In this document: positions 20,935 to 32,899 of the stretch, in pieces | Layout: each line of letters opens with the position of its first letter | Position numbering within the stretch: the stretch's first letter is position 1 | Origin: Chrysomallon squamiferum | Lineage: Eukaryota > Animalia > Mollusca | DNA: 64,000 nt | Reading direction: 5' to 3' | Assembly: GCA_012295275.1 (NCBI GenBank) | Contig: CM022666.1 | Span: forward strand, 10,540,001-10,604,000 | The notes under the pieces: model-generated | Database searches by the model: none | Told to the model about the DNA's origin: nothing | Seen by the model: the letters and a program-made list of their open reading frames with translations, nothing else | Made by a program: the position numbers and the translations under genes

Positions 20935-23900
20935 CAGGGGTGCCCACACGTTTTTGGCTTGCGAGCTAATTTTTAAATGACCAAGTCAAGGATCTACCTA
21001 CAATAAAAACGCAAAACATTTATTATGGCTGCAGGATGGATGATAGGCTATTTTTTAGTGTCGTTCGATCTACCCACACTGTCTGTGCGATCTATCCACA
21101 CTGTCTGTGCGATCTACCCGCACAGTCTGTGCGATCTATCCACACTGTCTGTGCGATCTAACCACACTGTCTGTGCGATCTAACCACACTGTCTGTTCGA
21201 TCTAACCACACTGTCTGTTCGATCTACCCACACTGTCTGTGCGATCTAACCGCACAGTCTATGTGAATCTACCCGCACAGTCTATGTGATCTAACCACAC
21301 CGTCTGTGCGATCTATCCACACTGTCTGTGCGATCTACCCACACAGTCTGTGCGATCTATCCACACAGTCTGTGCGATCTAACCACACAGTCTGTGCGAT
21401 CTAACCACACAGTCTGTGCGATCTATCCACAGTCTGTGCGATCTAACCACACAGTCTGTGCGATCTACCCACAGTGTCTGTGCGATCTACCCACACTGTC
21501 TGTGCGATCTAACCACACTGTCTGTGCGATCTACACACACTGTCTGTGCGATCTACCCACACTGTCTGTGCGATCTAACCGCACAGTCTATGTGAATCTA
21601 CCCGCACAGTCTGTGTGATCTAACCACACTGTCTGTGCGATCTATCCACACTGTCTGTGCGATCTACCCACACAGTCTATGCGATCTATCCACACTGTGC
21701 CATCTAACCACACAGTCTGTGCGATCTAACCACACTGTCTGTGCGATCTAACCACACTGTCTGTGCGATCTACCCACACTGTCTGTGCGATCTACCCACA
21801 CTGTCTGTGCGATCTATCCACACTGTCTGTGCGATCTACCCACACTGTCTGTGCGATCTATCCACACTGTCTGTGCGATCTATCCACACTGTCTGTGCGA
21901 TCTAACCACACTGTCTGTGCGATCTAACCACACTGTCTGTGCGATCTAACCACACTGTCTGTGCGATCTACCCACACTGTCTGTGCGATCTAACCACACA
22001 GTCTGTGCGATCTATCCACACTGTCTGTGCGTCTGTGCGATGATCTACACCACACAGTCTGTGCGATCTAACCACACTGTCTGTGCGATCTATCCACACT
22101 GTCTGTGCGATCTACCCACACAGTCTGTGCGATCTATCCACACTGTCTGTGCGATCTATCCACACTGTCTGTGCGATCTACCCACACAGTCTGTGCGATC
22201 TATCCACACTGTCTGTGCGATCTAACCACACTGTCTGTGCGATCTAACCACACACACTGTCACACTGTCTGTGCGATCTAACCACACAGTCTGTGCGATC
22301 TAACCACACTGTCTGTGCGATCTATCCACACAGTCTGTGCGATCTACCTGTGTCTGTGTGCGATCTATCCACACTGTCTGTGCGATCTAACCACACTGTC
22401 TGTGCGATCTATCCACACAGTCTGTGCGATCTAACCACACTGTCTGTGCGATCTAACCACACACTGTCTGTCTAACGATCTAATCCACACAGTCTGTGCG
22501 ATCTAACCACACTGTCTGTGCGATCTAACCACACTGTCTGTGCGATCTACCACACTGTCTGTGCGATCTAACCACACTGTCTGTGCGATCTAACCACACA
22601 GTCTGTGCGATCTAACCACACTGTCTGTGCGATCTAACCACACTGTCTGTTCGATCTACCCACACTGTCTGTGCGATCTAACCGCACAGTCTGTGCGATC
22701 TAACCACACACAGTCTGTGCGATCTAACCACACTGTCTGTGCGATCTATCCACACAGTCTGTGCGTGTCTAACCACACTGTCTGTGCGATCTATCCACAC
22801 AGTCTGTCTAACCACACCGTCGTCTATCCACACACACTGTCTGTGCGATCTATCCACACAGTCTGTGCGATCTACCCACAGTCTGTCTGTCTGTGCGATC
22901 TACCCACACTGTCTGTGCGATCTACCCACACAGTCTGTGCGATCTATCCACCACACCACACAGTCTGTGCGATCTACCCACACTGTCTGTGCGATCTAAC
23001 CACACAGTCTGTGCGATCTCTGTGCGATCTAACCACACTGTCTGTGCGATCTATCTAACCACACTGTCTGTGCGATCTACCCACACTGTCTGTGCGATCT
23101 ATCCACACTATCCACACAGTCTGTGCGATCTAACCACACTGTCTGTGCGATCTATCCACACTGTCTGTGCGATCTAACCACACAGTCTGTGCGATCTATC
23201 CACACTGTCTGTGCGATCTATCCACAGTCTGTGCGATCTGTGCGATCTGTGCGATCCACCACACAGTCTGTGCGATCTAACCACACTGTCTGTGCGATCT
23301 AACCACACTGTCTGTGCGATCTAACCACACAGTCTGTGCGATCTAACCACACTGTCTGTGCGATCTATCCACACTGTCTGTGCGATCTACCCACACTGTC
23401 TGTGCGATCTATCCACACTGTCTGTGCGATCTAACCACACTGTCTGTGCGATCTAACCACACTGTCTGTGCGATCTACCCACACTGTCTGTGCGATCTAA
23501 CCACACTGTCTGTGCGATCTATCCACACTGTCTGTCTGTCTATCCACATCTATCCACACTGTCTGTGCGATCTAACCACACTGTCTGTGCGATCTAACCA
23601 CACTGTCTGTGCCACACAGTCTGTGCGATCACCACACTGTCTGTGCGATCTAACCACACAGTCTGTGCGATCTAACCACACTGTCTGTGCGATCTATCCA
23701 CACTGTCTGTGCGATCTAACCACACTGTCTGTGCGATCTAACCACACAGTCTGTGCGATCTATCCACACTGTCTGTGCGATCTATCCACACTGTCTGTGC
23801 GATCTACCCACACAGTCTGTGCGATCTAACCACACTGTCTGTGCGATCTACCCACACAGTCTGTGCGATCTATCCACACAGTCTGTGCGATCTAACACAC

Positions 23901-26900
23901 AGTCTGTGCGATCTAACCACACTGTCTGTGCGATCTAACCACACAGTCTGTGCTCTAACCACACTGTGCGATCTAACCACACAGTCTGTGCGATCTAACC
24001 ACACTGTGCGTCTAACCACACAGTGTCTGTGATCTAACCACACTGTCTGTGCGATCTAACCACACTGTCTGTGCGATCTACCCACACTGTCTGTGCGATC
24101 TAACCACACTGTCTGTGCGATCTAACCACACTGTCTGTGCGATCTAACCACACTGTCTGTGCGATCTAACCACACTGTCTGTGCGATCTACCCACACTGT
24201 CTGTGCGATCTATCCACACTGTCTGTGCGATCTAACCACACTGTCTGTGCGATCTAACCACACTGTCTGTGCGATCTAACCACACTGTCTGTGCGATCTA
24301 ACCACACTGTCTGTGCGATCTAACCACACTGTCTGTGCGATCTAACCACACAGTCTGTGCGATCTAACCACACAGTCTGTGCGATCTAACCACACTGTCT
24401 GTGCGATCTAACCACACAGTCTGTGCGATCTAACCACACTGTCTGTGCGATCTAACCCACACTGTCTGTGCGATCTAACCACACTGTCTGTGCGATCTAT
24501 CCACACTGTCTCTAACCACGATCTATCCACACTGTCTGTGCGATCTAACCACACTGTCTGTGCGATCTAACCACACTGTCTGTGCGATCTATCCACACTG
24601 TCTGTGCGATCTAACCACACAGTCTGTGCGATCTAACCACACTGTCTGTGCGATCTAACCACAGTGTGTCTGTGCGATCTAACCATCTACCACACTGTCT
24701 GTGCGATCTAACCACACAGTCTGTGCGATCTAACCACACTGTCTGTGCGATCTAACCACACTGTCTGTGCGATCTAACCACACTGTCTGTGCGATCTAAC
24801 CACACTGTCTGTGCGATCTAACCACACTGTCTGTGCGATCTACCCACACAGTCTGTGCGATCTAACCACACTGTCTGTGCGATCTAACCACACTGTCTGT
24901 GCGATCTAACCACACTGTCTGTGCGATCTAACCACACACTGTCTGTGCGATCTAACCACTGTCTGTGTGCGATCTAACCACACTGTCTGTGCGATCTAAC
25001 CACACTGTCTGTGCGATCTAACCACACTGTCTGTGCGATCTAACCACACTGTCTGTGCGATCTAACCACACTGTCTGTGCGATCTAACCACTAACCACAC
25101 ACGTCTGTGCGATCTACCCACACTGTCTGTGCGATCTAACCACACTGTCTCTAACCACACAGTCTGTGCGATCTAACCACACTGTCTGTGCGATCTAACC
25201 ACACACTGTCTATGTGACTGTCTGTGCGATCTAACCACACTGTCTGTGCGATCTAACCACACTGTCTGTGCGATCTAACCCACTGTCTGTGCGATCTAAC
25301 CCCTACTGTCTGTGCGATCTAACCACACTGTCTGTGCGATCTACCCACACAGTCTGTGCGATCTAACCACACTGTCTGTGCGATCTAACCACACTGTCTG
25401 TGCGATCTAACCACACTGTCTGTGCGATCTAACCACACTGTCTGTGCGATCTAACCACACTGTCTGTGCGATCTAACCCACACTGTCTGTGCGATCTAAC
25501 CACACTGTCTGTGCGATCTAACCACACTGTCTGTGCGATCTAACCACACTGTCTGTGCGATCTAACCACACTGTCTGTGCGATCTAACCACACTGTCTGT
25601 GCGATCTAACCACACTGTCTTCATGATCTAACCCACACTGTCTGTGCGATCTAACCACACTGTCTGTGCGATCTAACCACACACAGTCTGTGCGATCTAA
25701 CCACACTGTCTGTGCGATCTAACCACACTGTCTGTGCGATCTACCCACACTGTCTGTGCGATCTAACCACACTGTCTGTGCGATCTAACCACACTGTCTG
25801 TGCGATCTAACCACACAGTCTGTGCGATCTAACCACACTGTCTGTGCGATCTAACCACACTGTCTGTGCGATCTAACCACAGTGTCTGTGCGATCTATCC
25901 ACACTGTCTGTGCGATCTAACCACACTGTCTGTGCGATCTAACCACACTGTCTGTGCGATCTAACCACTGTCTGTGCATCTGTCCGTGCGATCTAACCCA
26001 CACCACACAGTCTGTGCGATCTAACCACACACTGTCTGTGCGATCTAACCACACTGTCTGTGCGATCTATCCACACTGTCTGTGCGATCTAACCACACTG
26101 TCTGTGCGATCTAACCACACTGTCTGTGCGATCTAACCACACTGTCTGTGCGATCTAACCACACTGTCTGTGCGATCTAACCACACTGTCTGTGCGATCT
26201 AACCACACTGTCTGTGCGATCTAACCACACTGTCTGTGCGATCTAACCACACTGTCTGTGCGATCTAACCCACTGTCTGTGCGATCTAACCACACTGTCT
26301 GTGCGATCTAACCACACTGTCTGTGCGATCTAACCACACTGTCTATGCGATCTAACCCTACTGTCTGTGCGATCTAACCACACTGTCTTTGCGATCTAAC
26401 CACACTGTCTGTGCGATCTAACCACACTGTCTGTGCGATCTAACCACACTGTCTGTGCGATCTACCCACACTGTCTGTGCGATCTAACCACACTGTCTGT
26501 GCGATCTAACCCTGTGCGATCTAACTGTGTCGCGATCTAACCACACTGTCTATGCGATCTAACCCTACTGTCTGTGCGATCTAACCACACTGTCTTTGCG
26601 ATCTAACCCTACTGTCTGTGCGATCTAACCACACTGTCTGTGCGATCTAACCACACTGTCTGTGCGATCTAACCACACTGTCTGTGCGATCTAACCACAC
26701 TGTCTGTGCGATCTAACCACACTGTCTGTGCGATCTAACCACACTGTCTGTGCGATCTAACCACAGTGTCTGTGCGATCTAACCACACTGTCTGTGCGAT
26801 CTAACCACACTGTCTGTGCGATCTAACCACACTGTCTGTGCGATCTAACCACAGTGTCTGTGCGATCTAACCACAGTGTCTGTGCGATCTAACCACACAG

Positions 26901-27772
26901 TCTGTGCGATCTAACCACACTGTCTGTGCGATCTACCCACACTGTCTGTGCGATCTAACCACGCTGTCTGTGCGATCTACCCACGCTGTCTGTGCGATCT
27001 AACCGCACAGTCTATGTGAATCTACCCACACAGTCTATGTGATCTATGTGAACCCTACTGTCTGTGCGATCTAACCACACTGTCTGTGCGATCTAACCCT
27101 ACTGTCTGTGCGATCTAACCCTACTGTCTGTGCGATCTAACCCTACTGTCTGTGCGATCTAACCCTACTGTCTATGCGATCTATCCACACTGTCTATGCG
27201 ATCTAACCCTACTGTCTGTGCGATCTAACCCTACTGTCTGTGCGATCTAACCACACTGTCTGTGCGATCTAACCCTACTGTCTGTGCGATCTAACCACAC
27301 TGTCTGTGCGATCTAACCCTACTGTCTGTGCGATCTAACCACACTGTCTATGCGATCTAACCCTACTGTCTGTGCGATCTAACCATACTGTCTATGCGAT
27401 CTAACCCTACTGTCTGTGCGATCTATCCACACTGTCTATGCGATCTAACCCTACTGTCTATGCGATCTAACCACACTGTCTATGCGATCTAACCCTACTG
27501 TCTGTGCGATCTAACCACACTGTCTTTGCGATCTAACCCTACTGTCTGTGCGATCTAACCACACTGTCTTTGCGATCTAACCCTACTGTCTGTGCGATCT
27601 AACCACACTGTCTTTGCGATCTAACCCTACTGTCTATGCGATCTAACCACACTGTCTTTGCGATCTAACCCTACTGTCTGTGCGATCTAACCACACTGTC
27701 TTTGCGATCTAACCCTACTGTCTGTGCGATCTAACCACACTGTCTGTGCGATCAACGTGTTGGGCACCCCTG
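20935..27772. mobile_element. Non-autonomous hAT (Buster/Charlie-type) DNA transposon carrying an internal satellite
   Basis: Left end CAGGGGTGCCCACACGTT (20935) and right end AACGTGTTGGGCACCCCTG (27772) form a 12-bp perfect TIR that extends with one indel. The flanks ACCTAGAG (20927-20934) and AGCTAGAG (27773-27780) are an 8-bp TSD with one mismatch and central TA, typical of Buster-family hATs. Confidence 0.88.
21064..27753. repeat. 22-bp tandem satellite/minisatellite, consensus GATCTAACCACACTGTCTGTGC, about 300 copies
   Basis: Continuous head-to-tail units with variants (TAACC/TACCC/TATCC; ACTG/ACAG; CCCTA; TCTTT/TCTAT). About 6.7 kb divided by 22 bp gives about 300 units. Confidence 0.98.
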
Positions 27773-29129
27773 AGCTAGAGGATCTAGCTGTGTGCGCGAG
27801 CGCGTGCGTGCGTGCATGTGTGTATGTTTGGTTGTTTGTATTTTTAAATTGTATTTGTAAATGCACGCATGCACTTTATTTAAGATAAAATTTGACATTA
27901 TAATTTTGATCACAAGATCAAAATGAATGAAAATAAAATGGAAATACTTTTGAAGAAGAGAAAGAGAGATCGACTTAATGACAACAACAGTGATTATAAT
28001 GACCGGATACGTGATTCATTTCCACAGAAAGCAAAAAACAAACAAACAAAACCTCCCCAGAAACATAACACTAAAAACAACAAAAACACCTTGATAGACT
28101 TTCCAATAACTACATAATTTTTACATTATTTACTTATTTGTTGTAAGCAGTGAATTTAAAAAACAAAATAAAATGGCAAATTCATTTTATTTCCTCTGCT
28201 TTTTATTTTGTATTTGTATCAAATGCTGGCCTGAAATAACAAATAAAAGTGTTTCTTCGAACTTTGCTAGTTGTTTTTAGACTTTAGATATCCAACACAA
28301 AATCAAAATGAGAACTCTAAACAAAAGAGTAACTTACCCAGAATGGATCAAATATAAATTGCTCATCCACAGAAATCTTGCGAAGTGGACAATTAACACT
28401 CATGATTAGACTCTGTGTATTCACTTAGTAAATCAAGTCCTTTCACGAGAATGCTGGTCAAAAACTGTCGTCACATGTTGCTGTTATGTCATACTGTCTA
28501 GTTATTTCTTATAAGTATATTAAAAATCAAAGTCGCTGGGACTTTTTTTATAATAAATTCTAAGGCTTATTCCTCTGAAGTAAAAAAAAAAAAAAAAAAA
28601 ATATAAAAGAAAGAAAGAAAGAAAAAATGAAAAAGAAAGAAAAAGCTCCCTGCGAAGCAGATATGAACGTCTTTAAAAGATAATACATAAGAATGCATAT
28701 TCTTATTTTTGCTCGAAATATAGACAGAAACACATTCATTAATTGGATACCTATGTATTATGTATTTAATACCATAGTATTGTATTTAATACAATTGAAT
28801 TGTAATTGAAGTAACTGTATTGTACAAATAAAGATACACACTAAATCTTACACGCAGAGAGAAGTCAAAAAAACAACAAAACAAAAAAAGTATCCGGTTT
28901 CGCAGGGTTCACTTCCTCCTAACAGCAGTCCGTTTGTCTTTGTCAAACTCACACATCAGTGAGCACCGCGCTATAGTAAACACTTGTATCAACACATTTA
29001 ACTTTAAATTCCAGGGTTTTATATACTCTTACATAAATACCAGTGTTTTATATGCTTTTATACAAATACATGATATAAATGTCAGTGTATTTACATTTGT
29101 TTTTATTTTATAAAAATAATCACTTTTTT

Positions 29130-30523
29130 TTAACCGTATCGCAAGATTTTTTGTAAATAAAAGTGTACAGTATACATAGCATCAGTCAACCACTTGATTT
29201 TGGTTACCATGAGATTTCCAGCGGATGTTGTGACCAGCTCCTTTAAGGAACTCTTCAAAAGTCTTGCTCCCATCTCGTCTGTCCAAACATAACTAATGAA
29301 GACGAGACTGTAACTGGTTGAAGACACGTTTGACACGTTTGCCAGAGGCTCACAACGAACAGCAATCAGTACAGTTGTCCTGACTTGAGCAACATCTGCT
29401 TTAAGCCAGTGAATCAGTTTCCACACAGAAGGATGAGAAACACCACATGCGGCGGAGAATGATGGCGTCCTGTGCTTTGCCATTTGGAGCATGGCGTTGA
29501 ATCCGTCTGTAAGTATCAGTACAGTAGGTGGCGTCGAAATAATTGAGAAGAGGTTCCATCCCTTCTAGGGTATTGTAGCAGGTAGCAGGTTATCGTAGGT
29601 CTCTTGCGACTTCGTTTGGAGTAGAGAAAGAGCGTTGACACAGCAGTGTTCCCCAGGGGACATCGTATAACATACAGCTCGTTCCCAATCCATGAACCAG
29701 ATCTAGGCAGTTGATAGATGTCACTAGCATCAAAAATTATGATCCTCGAACTGTCTAGACAGCTGTCGTAGAATAGGAACTGTTGATGATCAGGTCCAGT
29801 TGTCAGTGCCTACTCTCCCTCGATGACGAGATCTTGAAGAAACTCAGTTGAGCAAGGATGCGGTTAAGTCTTTGGTTACGTATGGTTCGTTTCGTTGACT
29901 CTTCCCTGCCAAGTTCAACCCTTGCAGTGACATCAGTTTGACTCAGTGCTTGAGCTATTATCTGGTTCGGCTTGTCGAAACTTTGCTCCATCTGAGAACG
30001 GCACTTGACAGCTGCTACTTTTGTATCAGATGGATCATGGTTATGAGACATACAGACACGTTCATACGGAGTTACCCAATGTTAATAATGCATACCATAG
30101 TTAAAATATCCTCCAGAATGAGATCATTCTGTCAATTCAGACATAGCATAAGAGATGTATGTATGTATGAATGAATGTATGTATGTATGTATGTATGTAT
30201 GTATTGGGGGCGTGGGCTGTTTTTTGGTTTACATTTAACTGACCGTTTAACTATGAACTGTCAACAATTGTTAAATATGATATTAGCTGCGGATTATATT
30301 ATTTCTGATATTAAATCATTATTATTCATTCACTTGTTTTTTTTAATGTATTTTTTATGTGCAATTATGAATTGTTTTCTTAAGCAGTACTTCACCTACT
30401 ACCAATAACTAAATGTCAATAAACAATACAATTTTTTTTGTTCAGAGTCTTCATTTTTTTCAAATTTGCATGATGCCATTTCTTCCAGATGCCATTTTTC
30501 TCGAAACCTTTTTTTCCGTACCC
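29130..30523 (-). mobile_element. Decayed MULE (Mutator-like, FLYWCH-type) transposon, transposase pseudogene
   Basis: Frameshifted minus-strand fragments appear in the expected order: HNHDP..IIAQAL..ARVEL..ESTKRTIRNQR, WFMD, LLQTKSQETY, PLLNYFDATY..YRR, HPSVWKLIHWLK. A TIR-like GATGCCATTT repeat ending TTTTTTCCGTACCCC lies at about 30472-30523. The matching left TIR was not found. Confidence 0.75.
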
Positions 30524-31594
30524 CGTAATTATACATTCTTACGTTTAAAATTTATTTAACATTATACGCACTAATATTAATGTTAGGCTAGTTGTCATAT
30601 CATTTAAACGCATAAAAAAGAATTATCAAATAATAATGTTTTTCATATTTTCTGAGATAGGTTTTTTTCCTTACTCTATTGCAGTATCGAATTACAACAT
30701 TAACTAATTATTATAGACCTTTACAATGCAATAGTGATTCTTTCAAGCAGGCAAAACAAGTAACTAATACACATGACGGTGTCACGATTTCGAATAAATA
30801 ACGTCCTTGAACGGTTACTACGATTTTGATACTAGAACATCTTTAACAATCTTGAAGTAAAATAGATAAATTTATTACTTCTACCCATTTTGTAAAAATT
30901 AGTTCATTGAATATAGACTATTGATTTAATCAGAAAGGATAATTAAAATATCTTAATAAACACAACTCTTAATTTTGCTTATCATCTTTGATCCTATTAT
31001 TCTGCTAATACTAATCCAGTGATCGATTCTAAACTCCTTATTTGACATGCGATAGTTTATAAGTATCTAAAAAAAAATAAAAAATAAAAAATAAAGATAA
31101 TAATAAAAAATAAATAAAAAACATAAAAAGTAAAAAAAAATAAAAATAAATAAAATAAAAAATAAAATAAAATAAAATGAAAACTAAATAAACAACACAA
31201 GTAATAAAATAAAATAAAATAAATAAATAAAGTTTGTATAAAACGTAATATTTGGCCCTGTTCACGAGTTCGAAAAACAAAGTTATTATTGTTATTTCTG
31301 GGGAAAAAAAAGAAAAGGAATCACCAAATATAGATTACTGCTTAATATTATCAATTAGAAATCTCAATCCATATTCCGACAACATAAGATTTTTAATTCT
31401 ATAATTCACTCACAAGCGTTCATTGTCAGGTGCCAGCCTTATTCGTTATAGTCGTTGTCAAAACAAGAACATGAAACTCACTGTCAATTAACTTTTGACA
31501 CGGCCGTAGTTTATAAAACGAAACAGTCGTTGAAATATGTCATCATTCTTCTTCAAGTTATCACATAGTTCATACTAAATATCTACACTTTGTC

Positions 31595-32899
31595 ATGGAA
31601 AGCTGGACTTCAAAAGCGTGTTTGTTAGACGGCGATGTTTTGAGTAACGACTTCGAACGTGGAACAGAAAATGATGCAGCTAACGGTAATTATTCTTTAA
31701 GTAAAATCTATACTTTTATTTATACTGAATATGTAAAAAAAAAAATCCATTTTAGTTACAATTATTGATCGCAGTTTCATAATAATAATAATAAAAAAAA
31801 ATTATGTATTCAGTTCTGTGTAAAGTTCATCTTATTCAATTTATTTTACAGATTCCAGTTCGGGATACGAATCTGACGATTCTGGGTGTCGTATCCGTAA
31901 GACTCATTCTAACTCCACCTGCCAACCATCTAGTGAATTAGGGGAGATAATGATGTTTAGCAACACGAACGGTCTGTGTGACAGTCTGAAGTACGTCATC
32001 ACAATGTCTGAACTGTGTGACGTCATGTTCCTGGTGGGCAAACAACGAGTTCCCGTTTATGGAGTGAAAGCTATCATGGCCACACGTAGCAGGTAAAATT
32101 ACCTTTTTCATTTTCTGTGAAAGTTTTAAGCCTTACTTTCTGAGTAATTTTATCTTTAAAAAGAACTAAAGAGAAAGAGAGAACAAAAATTCTCTTCAAT
32201 GATCTAATTTAGAAGAAAAAAGAAAAAAAAAGTAATACATCATCTGGGAAAGTTACTAGTAATGTGCTTAATATTTAGTTAATGTGTTAAATATAAGTTA
32301 ATTTATAAGATTCGTTTCTTATTGTTTGTTCGTGTATTTTAAAAAACAGAGTTCTCTATCAGCTGATACTGTATCACCAGCGCAAATCTACTGAAGAACT
32401 ATCAAAGAAAAAGTCAAAATCCAAACATCAAAGCAGTCATCTGACCATTCCAATCCCAGATTACGACACCGACGTCTTCCGCAGCTTGGTCACGTTTCTG
32501 CACTGTGGAAAGGTTGTTGTTGGTAAGTAAAAATTATGTAATAATAATAATAATAATAATAATAGTAATAATGGCAATGAATCTTAATTAATTAATAGTT
32601 CAGACAAATGAAAATTAATTTGTTAATATTTAACATAAATAAATATTAATTAGTTAACTGTTGTAATATTTCATTTAAATGAATATTAATTTGTTAATTC
32701 TTTGCTTTGTTTCAGATTAATGAATATTAATTATTTTTAATATATTGCAGGTCTCTTGTGTGCTGCTTCAGAGTATGAACTGAAAGATCTGAGCAAAGCA
32801 TGCTGGGATTTTGCTCGTCGTTTAAAGAGCAAAAGTCAGATTGCGGACTTGCTGACGTCATGTTATAAACATAGTAAAAAAAAGCAGCCCAGAAATTGA
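31595..32899 (+). CDS. BTB/POZ domain protein, serine-enriched-protein (gprs)-like, copy A; 217 aa as assembled, with a 1-bp frameshift near the C-terminus
   Basis: Exons 31595-31685, 31852-32092, 32350-32522 and 32751-32907 are phase-consistent. The translation includes LKYVITMSELCDVMFLVGKQRVPVYGVKAIMATRSRVLYQLI..IPDYDTDVFRSLVTFLHCGKV..GLLCAASEYELKDLSKACW. A8 at 32876-32883 (AAAAAGAAA in copy B) shifts the frame to a stop at 32897-32899. The terminal exon begins at 33107 and AATAAA lies at about 33518. Confidence 0.8.

Noticed and set aside
21064-27753. CRISPR-like array or repetitive Cys/His-rich protein (many MRSNHTVCAIYPH ORFs)
   Set aside because: Units are head-to-tail with no unique spacers and there are no cas genes in this eukaryotic context. 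The 22-bp period cycles through all frames and hits TAA regularly, so the ORFs are by-products.
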